From positions 1,465,290-1,529,289 of the forward strand of contig CAVOKF010000005.1 in assembly GCA_963696385.1 (NCBI GenBank): a stretch of DNA of 64,000 nt, read 5' to 3'. Position numbers and translations under genes: made by a program. This document shows, piece after piece, positions 1 through 10,721 of the stretch; position 1 is the stretch's first letter, and each line of letters opens with the position of its first letter. The notes below the pieces were generated by a model. That model ran no database searches. It saw only the letters and a program-made list of their open reading frames with translations, and was not told the DNA's origin. Source of the stretch: an uncultured delta proteobacterium (lineage in GTDB: Bacteria; Myxococcota_A; Polyangia; Polyangiales; Polyangiaceae).

Positions 1-1410
1 CGCGCCCAGCCGGAAGCCGTCACGGCGGAGTCCGAGGCTCGCAGTCATCTCATCCTCGCGCGTCGCGCCGCCGCCGCTTCCATGTGGACTGCGGCGCTCG
101 CCGAGTTTACGCGGTCGAGCGAGCTCGAGCCGTCGGAGGCCTCGGCCGAAGGGATTGCGAGGTCGTACGACGCGCTCCACGACGATGCGGCGGCGTATCG
201 GGCATTCCGAGGGCTTCTCGACGACTACCCCAAAGACTTGAGTCAGAGTGTGCGGGTCTACGTGGCGGCAAGACTCGGCATCTTGGCCGCCGCGACGGCG
301 ATGGTGGTCGTGCGCGTGAACCAAGCAGAGGCTCGGGTTGTGCTTGACGGCGCCGATCTCGGCGACTCTCCGTTGGTCGATCCGGTTCGCGTGAACGCGG
401 GTCTGCACCGAGTCCGCGTTACCAAGCGGGGTTTCAAGGACGTCGAGCAAGTGATTCACGCCGTTGCCGGAACGAACGACACGATCTCGATTCTCTTGGT
501 GGCGGCGAGCTCTCCCGCAGAAGGCGCCCAGAACGGGCTCGGCCCCGTGGAAACGCCCCCGCCGGTTGCGCCGGTCGAGCCTTCGGCCGTCGCCGTCATC
601 ACGTTCGACCGCAGGGGCACGATCGCGATCGACGGTCGAGTCGTGGGAGAGGGTGACTTCCGCGGTCCGATCTCGGTCGGTTTGCACGTCGTGCGGGTGA
701 CTCGCTCCGGCTACGAGCCATTCGAGAAAACGATCGTCGTTCGAGCCGGGGCGCCTGTCGAGCAACGCGTGAAGCTCATCCCCGTCGCCGTCGTCCCCAG
801 AGCGACCGACGCGCGACCGGACAGACGCGGCGTCTACGGTGGATGGATCGCGCATTTGACGTTGGAGCCTGGAGGCGAGAACGGAGACGTCTGCTCCGTC
901 CCAGGTGTCACCCATTGTTCAACCTCGTCGCCGTTGGGGGGTGGGTTGATTGGCTACCTGGGATACCTTGTCGACCCCGTCGGCATGGACGCCCTGTTGG
1001 GAATCCAAGCGGACGCATCGACCGTCAACGCAACCGTTCAAGGTCAAACGGCCAGCGTCCTCGTGCCGCGAGTCGGCGGCATCGTTGCGCTGCGAGCGCG
1101 TCTGGAGTGGCAAGCCGGCTCGTCCCGGCTCGTGATGGCAGCCGGCTTCGGCGCGGCCTTTCGCGAGGTCGGACTCGTGGCCGGAGGGTTCGAGTCTGCG
1201 GCGTACTGGGCGCCTGCGGTGACCGTCCAAGGGGCAGTGAACCTTCGCCTCGGCCACACGACGGCGCTTTCTCTCGGTTTGCTATTCTGGGCGGAGAATG
1301 CGGGCGACGGCGTATCGCTTCAGCTCAAGCCGCTCCCGACATCCGCGCCAGTGCTTCGCTCGACGCAAGCGTTCTTCCTCCCATTCGTCGGCTTGGAGTT
1401 CGGTCCGTGA
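1..1410 (+). CDS. TPR/PEGA-domain protein with C-terminal beta-rich domain (5' end outside window)
   Basis: Frame open from base 1; two PEGA-like repeats (ARVVLDGADLGDSPL..VNAGLHRVRVTKRGF; IAIDGRVVG..VGLHVVRVTRSGYEP); typical myxobacterial architecture. Confidence 0.8.
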   Translation, partial: RAQPEAVTAESEARSHLILARRAAAASMWTAALAEFTRSSELEPSEASAEGIARSYDALHDDAAAYRAFRGLLDDYPKDLSQSVRVYVAARLGILAAATAMVVVRVNQAEARVVLDGADLGDSPLVDPVRVNAGLHRVRVTKRGFKDVEQVIHAVAGTNDTISILLVAASSPAEGAQNGLGPVETPPPVAPVEPSAVAVITFDRRGTIAIDGRVVGEGDFRGPISVGLHVVRVTRSGYEPFEKTIVVRAGAPVEQRVKLIPVAVVPRATDARPDRRGVYGGWIAHLTLEPGGENGDVCSVPGVTHCSTSSPLGGGLIGYLGYLVDPVGMDALLGIQADASTVNATVQGQTASVLVPRVGGIVALRARLEWQAGSSRLVMAAGFGAAFREVGLVAGGFESAAYWAPAVTVQGAVNLRLGHTTALSLGLLFWAENAGDGVSLQLKPLPTSAPVLRSTQAFFLPFVGLEFGP

Positions 1411-2327
1411 CCCTCCGATCTCGCTCGACTGCAGCCGTCACCCTCGCCATCGCATGGCTGATGGTCTGTGTGTCGGCGCGTGCCCAATCGGAAACCGCCT
1501 CGCGGAGCATCCCGCCGCTCAGCGCGACGCTGCCGGCCGGCGCCGAGGTCGATTACGAAGCGGGACGGCAAAAGCTCGCAGAACACGACTTCGTGGGCGC
1601 GTTGTCCCGTTTCACGAACGCATACCGGCAGGTGCCCGATCCGCGCCTGCTTGCCAACATGGGCCTTTGCGAACAGCGCCTGCAACACTGCGCGCGTGCT
1701 ACCTCCTTGTTGGATCGAGCGCTGGCCACGGGCGAGGCGCTGTTCTCGCCGGGGCAGCGGAGCGAGATTCGTGGACTCGTGGACGCGTGTCGATCCCACG
1801 TGGGTCGGGTCGCGATCCGCGTCAGCGAATGGGGCGCAGCAATCTACGTCGATGACCTCGAGGCGGGCCAATCTCCGCTCGCGTCGGAGGTTCTCGTCGA
1901 TGAGGGAGCCCATCGTGTCCGCGTCGCGAAGCCCGGCTACGTCCCTCTCGTCGAAACGGTCTCGGTCCCGCAAGGGGCGCGCGTAGCGGTCGACGCTGTG
2001 CTGGAGCCAATGACGCGGCTCGGAGCCTTGTCGGTGCGGGTTGGGCCGAACGACGAGATTGCCATCGACGACCGGTTCATGGCCAAAGGGAGCGTTGAAA
2101 CTCGCGTAGTGTCCGGGATTCACACCGTCACCGTTACATCCGACGGCAAGCGTCCGTATCGCTCGATCGTTCGGATCGAGGAGGGCCAAACGCGTACGCT
2201 CGACGTAACCCTCGAACCGGACCGACGAGTCCCAACGTGGCTCTGGGCGACCGGCGGAGCGGTGCTCGCAGCCACTCTCGTCGTGGGGATTGCTTCGGTA
2301 TTCCACTCGTCCAATCCCGGGCCGTAG
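1407..2327 (+). CDS. PEGA-domain protein with N-terminal TPR-like helices and C-terminal TM segment
   Basis: GTG overlaps upstream stop (GTGA); signal-peptide-like N-terminus; AAIYVDD..GQSPL..VDEGAHRVRVAKPGY PEGA motif; hydrophobic tail. The ORF-track start at 843 is an upstream extension. Confidence 0.8.
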   Translation: MTLRSRSTAAVTLAIAWLMVCVSARAQSETASRSIPPLSATLPAGAEVDYEAGRQKLAEHDFVGALSRFTNAYRQVPDPRLLANMGLCEQRLQHCARATSLLDRALATGEALFSPGQRSEIRGLVDACRSHVGRVAIRVSEWGAAIYVDDLEAGQSPLASEVLVDEGAHRVRVAKPGYVPLVETVSVPQGARVAVDAVLEPMTRLGALSVRVGPNDEIAIDDRFMAKGSVETRVVSGIHTVTVTSDGKRPYRSIVRIEEGQTRTLDVTLEPDRRVPTWLWATGGAVLAATLVVGIASVFHSSNPGP

Positions 2328-2496
2328 CCGACGGCGATCAGCCCGGCGCCGCCGCCCGCCTGGCCGAGCTCCTCGAACATTTGAGTCGTCGGGTCGACGA
2401 CGCCCCGAATCGGCCGGCACCCGTCGCCGCTCTGGTCGGTTTACCTAGCTCATTCGCGGGTGTCCGCGGCGTCGGGCAAGGATGCTGCGCGACGGA

Positions 2497-4116
2497 CTAA
2501 TGACCCGCGGCGGCGCCCCCTGGTCTCGGCTTTTGCGCGAGCCAGACGACCGGGATCATGAGCGCGGTGGCGACCCCCAAGATGAAAAGCGCGTCCAAGT
2601 ACGCCAGCTGCGTCGCCTGCTGTACCAGTTGCCTGTACATCGATGCCGTGGCCTGTCGCACTGCGTCCAAAGAGCCAGCGCCCGCGTGCGCGAGTGCCCG
2701 CGAGATCGCATCGACTCGGTCACGATAGGCCGCATCGTAGCCCGTCGTGTGGGCCGCGAGGTACGCTTGGTGAGTTTGGGATCGCCGGGCGATGAGGGTC
2801 GTCACGAATGCGATCCCGATGTCGCCCCCCATGTTGCGCGAAAGGTTCATGATCCCGCTCACCTGGTTGTACTTCGTCACCGGAACACCGGAGTACGAGA
2901 TCGTCTGAATGGGAACGAAGAGAAACGCCAACCCGACCGATTGTATGGCGCGCAGCTCCACTGCGGTCGCAAAGTCCATGTGCAAGTCGATCTTGCGAGT
3001 CATATAGAACATCGATCCGCTGAGCACGAGGAACCCGAACGCCACCAGCAGGCGCGTATCCGTCTTGCCCACGAGTCGACCGACAAGCGGCAGGAGGGCA
3101 ATGACGACCAAGCCTCCGGGCGACAGCGCCATTCCGGCCTGCTGCGCCGTGTACCCCATGAGAACTTGCAAGTACTGTGGAAGAAGGACGGTCGTTCCGA
3201 AGAGCGCGATGCCGAGCATCAGCATCAACGCGTTCGCCACGGCGAAGCTGCGCCGCTTGAACATTCGGATATCCACGATGGGCGCATCGTGGGTCCATTC
3301 CCAGGCGATGAACGAAACGAGCGACACGGCGGCGACCAGCGAGAAGCCGGTGACGAACGACGAGTGAAACCAATCGTCCTCTTGCCCCTTGTCCAGCACG
3401 ACCTCGAGGCTGCCGAGTCCGATCGCGATGAGGGACAACCCCAACCAGTCGACGCCGCCGGCCCGCTCGCGACCCCATTTGAGGTGCGGCGGGTCCGACA
3501 CGACGCGGTTCGAGAGAATCAGCGACGCCAGGCCCACTGGGATATTAATGAAAAAGACCCAACGCCACGAGAAGTTATCCGTGATGAAGCCACCCAAGGT
3601 GGGTCCAATCGCCGGTGCCAGCACGACGGCCATTCCGTAAACGGCCATCGCCATTCCGCGCCTTGCGGGTGGAAAGGTGTCCGCCAGAATCGCCTGCTCG
3701 CTGGGTCCGAGGCCCCCGCCGCCAATGCCCTGGAGGATGCGAAAAAAAATGAGAGATGACAGGCTCGGCGCGATGCCACACAAGAACGACGAAGTCGTGA
3801 ACAGCGCCACGCAGGTCATATAGAAGCGCTTGCGCCCGATCTTGCTGGAGATCCAGCCGCTGATCGGCAGGACGATGGCGTTCGAAACGAGATAACTGGT
3901 AAGCACCCAAGTGCTTTCGTCTTGGCTCACGCTCAGGCTTCCAGCGATATGAGGAAGCGAGACGTTGGCAATGCTGGTATCGAGGACTTCCATGAAGGTC
4001 GCCATCGTGACGACCAGGGCGATGACCCAGGGGTTGCGACCTCCGGTCCAGCCGGTCGCGAAGTACGCGGGGGGTCGCCCCTGCTCGGGATCGGGCGCCG
4101 ACGCGCTTGGACTCAT
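2497..4116 (-). CDS. emrB: DHA2-family MFS multidrug efflux permease (EmrB/QacA type)
   Basis: MEVLDTSIANVSLPHIAG, WVLTSYL, GRKR, WRWVFFINIPVG, LDKGQEDDWF motifs; 14-TM profile. Confidence 0.93.
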   Translation of the reverse strand: MSPSASAPDPEQGRPPAYFATGWTGGRNPWVIALVVTMATFMEVLDTSIANVSLPHIAGSLSVSQDESTWVLTSYLVSNAIVLPISGWISSKIGRKRFYMTCVALFTTSSFLCGIAPSLSSLIFFRILQGIGGGGLGPSEQAILADTFPPARRGMAMAVYGMAVVLAPAIGPTLGGFITDNFSWRWVFFINIPVGLASLILSNRVVSDPPHLKWGRERAGGVDWLGLSLIAIGLGSLEVVLDKGQEDDWFHSSFVTGFSLVAAVSLVSFIAWEWTHDAPIVDIRMFKRRSFAVANALMLMLGIALFGTTVLLPQYLQVLMGYTAQQAGMALSPGGLVVIALLPLVGRLVGKTDTRLLVAFGFLVLSGSMFYMTRKIDLHMDFATAVELRAIQSVGLAFLFVPIQTISYSGVPVTKYNQVSGIMNLSRNMGGDIGIAFVTTLIARRSQTHQAYLAAHTTGYDAAYRDRVDAISRALAHAGAGSLDAVRQATASMYRQLVQQATQLAYLDALFILGVATALMIPVVWLAQKPRPGGAAAGH

Positions 4117-5348
4117 CGCACGCGCACTCGCGGTTCGACGCTCATGCCGATGCGAAGTCTCTCGACGCCCGCCTGATCCGGATCCAGCTTGATCCGGACC
4201 GGAATACGCTGAACGACCTTGACGTAGTTTCCCGATGCATTCTCCGGCGGAAGCACGCTCAGCCGTGAACCCGTCGCGCCGCCGATGCTCTCGACGGATC
4301 CATTCAGGTCGATGTCGAGAGCGTCCACGTGCACGCGCGCTCGCTGTCCCGGCGTCATTCTTTGGAGTTGGGTCTCGCGATAGTTGGCAGTGACCCAGAG
4401 CGAATCGGTCTGGGAGATTGCGATGACCTCTTGGCCCGGCGCGACGTGGTCACCGACGGCGATCGATTTCTTGGCGACGATCCCGGTCACGGGCGCGAGG
4501 ATTTTGGCGTACGAAAGATTCTTTTCGGCTTGTGCGAGTTGCGCGTTGGCGAGCTCGAGCGACGCCTTGCGCCACGTGACCGACGCCTTACGGGTCGCAA
4601 TCTGGCGTGGCCCGTTCGACTCGACCTCGACAAATCGGCTCTGCAAGCTGACGATCTGGGCCCGTTGTTGCGCGACGCGGTCTCTCGCCCCCGCGAGCGA
4701 CTCCTCGAGCGCATGGACATTGGCGGTGGAGGCAGCCGCTGCATTGGCCCGATTGTCGTAGTCGGATTGGGAGACGGCCCCCTGAGCGAGGAGTTTTTCG
4801 GACCGTTGCTTCTCGAGTTGTGCGGTTCGATCGTTGGCGGCCGCTTGAGCGAGCTGGGCCGTGAGCTGAGCCACTTCCTTGAGTGCGGCTCCGAGCGCCG
4901 CCTGCGCGGCGGCGAGATCCGATCGGGCGGAGGTCAGAGCGCTGGTGTTGGTCGCCACGGTGATCGGCACCGACGGGTCCTCGGCCTGGAGCTGGGCTTC
5001 GGCCTGCTCGACCTGAGCGTGCGCTTGGTCCACCGCGATTCGAAGATCCGTCGGATCGATTTCGGCCAGCACGTCGTCCGACCGAACCGCTTCATTCTCG
5101 ACCACGTATACGGCACTGACGACGCCGGATGTCCGGGGGCTCACGTTGCTGATGTTGCCATCGACTTCGGCGTCGTCGGTCTCTTCGTAGCGACTCTCGT
5201 GAAACCAGTACGCGACGGCCGCCGAGGCGACGAGCAGCGCGATCGCGACGGCAAGGACGGTCCGGCGGGCGACCGGGCGGCCCGGTGCGCCGATCGCTGT
5301 GCCGGGCGTGGGTGCGGGGTCTTGAGCCATGGGCGCGGATATCGCCAT
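4113..5348 (-). CDS. emrA: HlyD/EmrA-family membrane fusion protein
   Basis: YEETDDAEV, ANYRETQL, PPENASGNYVKVVQRIPVRI motifs; overlaps emrB start; start ATG 5348 or 5330. Confidence 0.92.
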   Translation of the reverse strand: MAISAPMAQDPAPTPGTAIGAPGRPVARRTVLAVAIALLVASAAVAYWFHESRYEETDDAEVDGNISNVSPRTSGVVSAVYVVENEAVRSDDVLAEIDPTDLRIAVDQAHAQVEQAEAQLQAEDPSVPITVATNTSALTSARSDLAAAQAALGAALKEVAQLTAQLAQAAANDRTAQLEKQRSEKLLAQGAVSQSDYDNRANAAAASTANVHALEESLAGARDRVAQQRAQIVSLQSRFVEVESNGPRQIATRKASVTWRKASLELANAQLAQAEKNLSYAKILAPVTGIVAKKSIAVGDHVAPGQEVIAISQTDSLWVTANYRETQLQRMTPGQRARVHVDALDIDLNGSVESIGGATGSRLSVLPPENASGNYVKVVQRIPVRIKLDPDQAGVERLRIGMSVEPRVRVR

Positions 5349-5864
5349 CTTATCCCTCGATCCAGGATCGGAGTTCCAGCCTCTGATGCCGCGGGCACGA
5401 GCCGGGTTACGCATCACCCGGACCGTGTGTCGCGCTTGCCAAGCCGCGTTTAGTGCACCGTGCGCGAGCTAGGGCCAAGCATACCCCGCGCAAGGATCCA
5501 CGCGCCGGTCAGGAATCGAGCTTGTTGAGTTTGGACGGCATCTTGCGCGGACGGTGCGCTAGAGCCCCGAACACGCTGGATCCCGTCGGCTTTCTGGGGC
5601 TTTCTCGCCTCTCGCGGCGTTGCCCCTCCTTACCCTCCCTGCTGCAGCACTCCTAGTCGCTCGCGCCTTGCGAGAGGCCAAAAGCCTTGAAATCTTCGGT
5701 CCGCCAACACGTTCGGCGCTCCAGCGGCAAGGGTTTGCCTGGCCCTCGCGGCGGCAGGGGGGTGCAAGCGGTTTTGACGGGTCGCCGTGTATCGCGGGCG
5801 AGAGCCGATGCAAGGTGCCGTGGTCGGGGTGATGCGCGGTCGCCCATGGGGTTATAGTGGCGTC

Positions 5865-7247
5865 GTGGACTCGGGCCGCGCGGATCTGACCGTCGTACCG
5901 CGCGATGTACTCGTCATCTGCGAGCGCTTGCGTGGCCACGGCAAGCGGGCTTGGATCGTCGGCGGCTGCGTGCGCGACCTGCTCATCGGACGTGCAGCGA
6001 ACGACTGGGACGTCGCGACCGACGCGCGCCCGGACGATCTGCTCCGCCTGTTCCCGCGTGCCATTCCGACGGGCTTCGAGCACGGCACGGTGACAGTCGT
6101 CGCCGCCAGCGGCCACTACGAATTGACGACCCTGCGGGGCGAGGGGACATACTCGGACGGCCGACGCCCCGATTGGGTGGAGTTCGTCGATGACATCACG
6201 GCGGATCTAGCCCGCCGCGACTTTACGGTAAACGCCATCGCCCTGGACCCCTTGAACGGCCGGATCATTGATCCGTTCGACGGACGGGGCGATTTGGAAC
6301 GGGGCATCCTCCGTGCCGTAGGCAACCCAAAGGAACGGTTTGCGGAGGACGGATTGCGCGTGCTGCGGGCTGCACGCTTCGTGGCGACCCTGGATCTGGC
6401 TCTCGACCCGGACACGGAAAAGGCGATTCAGCCGACGCTCGATACGTACCGTAAGGTAGCTCAGGAACGAGTGCGTGACGAGTGGGTGAAAACCATGATG
6501 GCGCGCTGCCCGTCACGTGCCTTCGAAGTGATGCGCCGAACCGGAATTCTTGAGGTCACTTGCCCCGAGCTTCTCGAGGGCGTCGGCATGGGGCAGAACC
6601 GCTGGCACGCGTTCGACGTGTGGCGACACGGGCTCGAGTGCATGGACGCGTGTTTGGCCGATCCCGCACTTCGAATCGCCGCTCTGCTGCACGACGTCGG
6701 GAAGCCAAGGACGCGCGCATGGTCCGACAAAACGATGGATTTCACATTCTTCGATCATGACCGGGTGGGGGCCGAGATCGCGGATCCCATTCTCGCGCGG
6801 CTGCGCTTTTCGAATGACGATCGGTCGCGCATCGTCGCGTTGGTGCGGCATCACGTCTTCCACTATTCGGACGAGTGGACCGACGCCGCCGTGCGCCGCT
6901 GGGTCCGTCGTGTCGGCCCCGATCGCGTCGCAGACTTGTACGTGCTGAACGAGGCGGACGTGCGTGCGAAGGGTCGCGATGTTGCCGACGACCTCGCCGC
7001 CCTCGCTCGGCTCAAGGTACACGTCGCACGTGTCCTCGCCGAAGGGGCGGCCCTTTCGACTCGCGATCTGAAGGTCAACGGGCACGACCTGATGCGCGAG
7101 CTAGGCATCCGACCCGGCCCGGTCGTGGGAGAAATCCTCGACGCGTTGCTCGACGTGGTGACGACGGATCCGAACGAGAACGACCGGAGCGCTCTTTTCG
7201 CCCGTGCGCGGGAATATTGCGACAGCAAGCGGGCTCGAACTCCGTGA
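5865..7247 (+). CDS. cca: CCA tRNA nucleotidyltransferase (class II) with HD domain
   Basis: VGGCVRD, DWDVAT (DxD), flexible loop RGEGTYSDGRRP, RRDFTVNA, EDGLRVLRAARF, LLHDVGKP; no poly(A)-polymerase GRRF signature; exact start uncertain (5787-5865). Confidence 0.88.
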   Translation: MDSGRADLTVVPRDVLVICERLRGHGKRAWIVGGCVRDLLIGRAANDWDVATDARPDDLLRLFPRAIPTGFEHGTVTVVAASGHYELTTLRGEGTYSDGRRPDWVEFVDDITADLARRDFTVNAIALDPLNGRIIDPFDGRGDLERGILRAVGNPKERFAEDGLRVLRAARFVATLDLALDPDTEKAIQPTLDTYRKVAQERVRDEWVKTMMARCPSRAFEVMRRTGILEVTCPELLEGVGMGQNRWHAFDVWRHGLECMDACLADPALRIAALLHDVGKPRTRAWSDKTMDFTFFDHDRVGAEIADPILARLRFSNDDRSRIVALVRHHVFHYSDEWTDAAVRRWVRRVGPDRVADLYVLNEADVRAKGRDVADDLAALARLKVHVARVLAEGAALSTRDLKVNGHDLMRELGIRPGPVVGEILDALLDVVTTDPNENDRSALFARAREYCDSKRARTP

Positions 7248-7391
7248 TTCGGCACGCCCGAGACGCCCTTCGGTTGGGCCAGGGGGCGGGCCCCTTCAGT
7301 AACGGCTCGTGCACGGCCCGCCTCGTGTCCCGTGCTCGATCGCCAGGCGAAGCGCGTTTCAAGCCGGCGACGGACGCGCTAGCTTCGCGGC

Positions 7392-8723
7392 GTGATCCAA
7401 GGCCTTTGGTTCGGCGCTGGGCTCGTGGTCATCGTCTGGGTGACGAACGTGTGTGCGCAGGCGGAGCCCGCCGCGCCGGTGACGCTTGCCGTGGGGGATT
7501 GGCGCTTCGATCCGGTCCTCGAGTTGCAGACCCGCGGTGAGTACCGTCATGACTTGGACGATCGGGATCGCCTCACTCTCATCGAACGCGCTCGGCTCGG
7601 CGTGGATGCCTCACGCGGCTCGTTCGAAACGCGGCTGGTTTTCCAGGATGCGCGGTCGGTCGAGCTTTCAGGCGGTTACTTCATCGCGGGACCTCCGCCC
7701 ATTGCCTCCACCGGGGCATACGAGGCCTGGGCCGAGGCTCATACGGATGCCGCTCGACCAAGCTACCTTCGGGTCGGCCGCCAAGCCGTGGTCTGGGGGG
7801 AAGGACGACTGCTCGGGTCCGCCGACAGGTCGCCGACGGGTCGATCCCTCGATGCCGTCAGGGGACGGCTGGTCGTGGACGACACCGCGGTCGAGATCCT
7901 AGGGGCTGTATTGCAGGACTGGCCATCCACGCCCGGGCTTTCGATCGATCCGTACGGCGAGCTGTTCGGGGCGAGGACCGAGTGGGCCTCCGATCCTCTT
8001 TTCGCCGTGGAGGTCTATGCGCTGGCTCGCTTGGCTCGGCGCGATCCGAGCTTGCAAACCGCAGTCGAGGGTCAGACTTACACGGCATCGGCGAGGCTGC
8101 ATGGAGACGATCGGCGTTGGACCTGGGGCGCCGAGGCCGCGTACCAATTCGGCCACGTCGATGGCGTGACCCGGTTCGGAGAACCTGAATTCACGGGTCG
8201 CCGCGCGGCCTGGGCGGTCGCGGGCCACCTGGCGCATACGTTCGATCGGGCGTATTGGGAACCGACGGTCCAAATCGCTGCCGCCTACGCGACGGGGGAT
8301 GAGGCGGGGGCGACCTATCGCGCCTTTGATCCTCTGCTGCCCGACGTTCGTACCTGGCACGGAGCCGCCGAAGCGTTCGCTTGGTCGAATGAGGCCGAGG
8401 GGAGCGCGCGCGGGGCCATCGTTGCCTGGACGGAAGGCGTCGTGGCCCTCGAATATCGATACGTCGTACTTGCGCAACCAGGCAGCGGCTGGCAGAGCGC
8501 CTACCTCCAGACGATCGGGCAAGCGTCGGCAAACACCCACGCTGGGCTGGGTCACGAGGTCGACGCAACCATTCGTTGGTCGCCCTGGGCCCCCGTTCTG
8601 CTGGAAATAGGCTACTCCGCGCTCGTGCTCGGCGATGGGGCGAAGGCCATCCTCGCGACACGCCCGACCGGTGTGGCCACCCTATCGCACTGCGCGTACG
8701 CCGAAACGAGAGTCGACTTCTGA
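7392..8723 (+). CDS. Alginate-export-family outer membrane beta-barrel protein
   Basis: Signal peptide, ERARLG, LRVGRQ..WGEGRLLG..GRSLDA, EAAYQFG, GHEVD, terminal Phe. Confidence 0.75.
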   Translation: MIQGLWFGAGLVVIVWVTNVCAQAEPAAPVTLAVGDWRFDPVLELQTRGEYRHDLDDRDRLTLIERARLGVDASRGSFETRLVFQDARSVELSGGYFIAGPPPIASTGAYEAWAEAHTDAARPSYLRVGRQAVVWGEGRLLGSADRSPTGRSLDAVRGRLVVDDTAVEILGAVLQDWPSTPGLSIDPYGELFGARTEWASDPLFAVEVYALARLARRDPSLQTAVEGQTYTASARLHGDDRRWTWGAEAAYQFGHVDGVTRFGEPEFTGRRAAWAVAGHLAHTFDRAYWEPTVQIAAAYATGDEAGATYRAFDPLLPDVRTWHGAAEAFAWSNEAEGSARGAIVAWTEGVVALEYRYVVLAQPGSGWQSAYLQTIGQASANTHAGLGHEVDATIRWSPWAPVLLEIGYSALVLGDGAKAILATRPTGVATLSHCAYAETRVDF

Positions 8724-8814
8724 ATCTGAGCCGAGACTCACGGGTTCGGAGCGATCGCGGTCTCCCGGGATGCGACGCCCGTCTCCTAACGACGGTGGAT
8801 CGAGTTGGATAGCG

Positions 8815-9420
8815 CTAATTGAGCCAGCGTCGTGTGGGTCCAACGTCCGCGTGGATGAACCAATCATCCTTCTCCGGGTATACACCGATACCTCCGGTCC
8901 ACCCAAGGCCGCGAATCTCCTGCTCCATGAGTCGTGGGTCGAGCCCTCGCTCGTCGCCGGGGGCCACGACGCGGAAATCGCACGCATGTCCGAGGGTGTG
9001 CTGACTGTGCGAAGCCACATGATGGCCCTTCTTGCGAAGCATCTCGTTCAGCTTTGGGCTGCGATACCCGCTGACGATCTCGATTCGGGACGCGGGGTGC
9101 CTCGCCGCGAGAGCACGAAGCAGTTGCAGCAAAGCGGGCTCGATGGGGTGCGTTGCTCCCGTGACGCGATCGCTTAGGAATGCGTCGAAGCGAGGCATCT
9201 CCGGCCGCAGCGAATCAAGGACGATGTGCTCGCCGGTGTGGACGTCGACGAGCGTTGCGAGCACGGGCGTGTCGGCCCCTTCGTCGACGGTCGGGCCCTT
9301 TTTGGTCCCGAGACCTGCGCCGTGGGGTACACGCGCTTCGGGGAACGCCGGATCGGTGACAAGCGTTACAGCCGCGATCGCCGCGAAGAGACAGGTAGCG
9401 ATCTTGATTCCCACGGTCAC
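8815..9420 (-). CDS. YcbK/DUF882 family peptidase M15-like protein
   Basis: IVSGYRSPKLN, SQHTLGHACD, GGIGVYP, FIHADVG zinc-peptidase motifs; GTG start at 9420 gives a signal-like N-terminus. Confidence 0.85.
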   Translation of the reverse strand: MTVGIKIATCLFAAIAAVTLVTDPAFPEARVPHGAGLGTKKGPTVDEGADTPVLATLVDVHTGEHIVLDSLRPEMPRFDAFLSDRVTGATHPIEPALLQLLRALAARHPASRIEIVSGYRSPKLNEMLRKKGHHVASHSQHTLGHACDFRVVAPGDERGLDPRLMEQEIRGLGWTGGIGVYPEKDDWFIHADVGPTRRWLN

Positions 9421-9514
9421 GAGCCGACCGTAACACCAGTTCGCCGGCCGGGCCGAGAGCGTCGGGCCGTTTCTTGACGCACCCCAGCCGGTGGCGGAGT
9501 ACCCTCCGGCAAGC

Positions 9515-10405
9515 ATGCTATCGAGCGCTCCCTCCATTCTGACGACCGAAGGGTCGGTTGGGGCCCGACACGACGAGAGTCGGCTCGTTCGTCGGGCAAC
9601 GCCCGGTCCGACGCTGTACTTCAATGCGACCTTCCCCGCCGAATCGGACCCGCGGGCGGTGGTCGGTCTCATTCATGGATTTGCGGATTACGGCGCGCGC
9701 TATGCGCACGTCGCGCGCGCTTGGGCCGGGCGCGGACTCGCCACGATCGCCGTGGACCTGCGCGGCCACGGCAGAGCCGAGGGGGCGCGGGGCTCCTGCT
9801 TACGATTTCGTGAGTACCACGACGACGTGACGGAGCTAAAGGAGCTGGTTCGCGAGCGAGCCGGTCAGCTTCCCGCGTTTCTCTTCGGTCACAGCTTTGG
9901 GGGACTCGTTGCGGCATGCGAAGTGCTCGAGTCACCGGCCCGGTGGAAGGGCCTTGTCCTCACCGCTCCGAATTTTCGCGTCGCGGTCAAGGTGGCTCCG
10001 CTCAAGCTATTGGCAGGGCACCTCGCGTCGCGCTTCGTCCCATGGTTCGGGTTTCCTGCAGGTCTCAGTGGATCGGACCTAACCCACGATTCGGCGATCG
10101 CTCGCGCGTACGACGAGGACCCGCTCGTCTTCAAGAGCGTGAGGGCCCGCTGGTACACGGAGATGCTCATCGCGCAGACTCGCGCGATGGCCAACGCGGC
10201 GTCGCTGAAAGTGCCGCTCTACATTGCGATGGGGACCGCGGACCGCGTCGCCGATTTCGCAACGGCGAGGGCCTTCTACGATGCTGCCGGCAGCACGGAC
10301 AAGACCTGGGATCCGCGCGAAGGGCTTTACCACGAAGTACTCAACGAGCCGGAGTGGTCGCAGACCGCGCAGCGCATGGCGGACTGGATGCTCGCGAGGG
10401 TTTAG
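9515..10405 (+). CDS. Alpha/beta hydrolase, lysophospholipase/monoglyceride lipase family
   Basis: HGFADY, DLRGHGRAEG, GHSFGG nucleophile elbow, GTADRV, LYHEVLNEP. Confidence 0.9.
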   Translation: MLSSAPSILTTEGSVGARHDESRLVRRATPGPTLYFNATFPAESDPRAVVGLIHGFADYGARYAHVARAWAGRGLATIAVDLRGHGRAEGARGSCLRFREYHDDVTELKELVRERAGQLPAFLFGHSFGGLVAACEVLESPARWKGLVLTAPNFRVAVKVAPLKLLAGHLASRFVPWFGFPAGLSGSDLTHDSAIARAYDEDPLVFKSVRARWYTEMLIAQTRAMANAASLKVPLYIAMGTADRVADFATARAFYDAAGSTDKTWDPREGLYHEVLNEPEWSQTAQRMADWMLARV

Positions 10406-10710
10406 GTCTCGGCCGACGCACGAACCCGAAGTTGTCCCGAACCTCGTCTCAGGCGCGCTTGACAGGCCAGCCGATGGCAGGCCGGAGTATCGCCCATGAG
10501 CCTCAGCAGATCCGCCTCGCTTTCTGCTGGCGGCTCGAGGAGATCGCCCCCTTCCAGGACATGGATCCGACAGGTACCACAGCTGGCGCTGCGGCAGCCG
10601 AACGGCACGGGTGCACTCCATTCGTCGCAGAGGTCAAGCAATCGGCCTCCGTCCGGGGCGTTCACCTCGAGCGGTGCATGGTGGGACGATTCGAACACGA
10701 CGATGGGCAC
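10402..10710 (-). CDS. [2Fe-2S] ferredoxin
   Basis: FGCRSASCGTC...RLACQ cysteine pattern. Confidence 0.88.
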   Translation of the reverse strand: MPIVVFESSHHAPLEVNAPDGGRLLDLCDEWSAPVPFGCRSASCGTCRIHVLEGGDLLEPPAESEADLLRLMGDTPACHRLACQARLRRGSGQLRVRASAET

Positions 10711-10721
10711 GTGGGGAATGA

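Noticed and set aside
5418..5860. ncRNA in the long emrA-cca intergenic region
   Set aside because: Only short imperfect inverted repeats expected at this GC content; no recognisable RNA family motif
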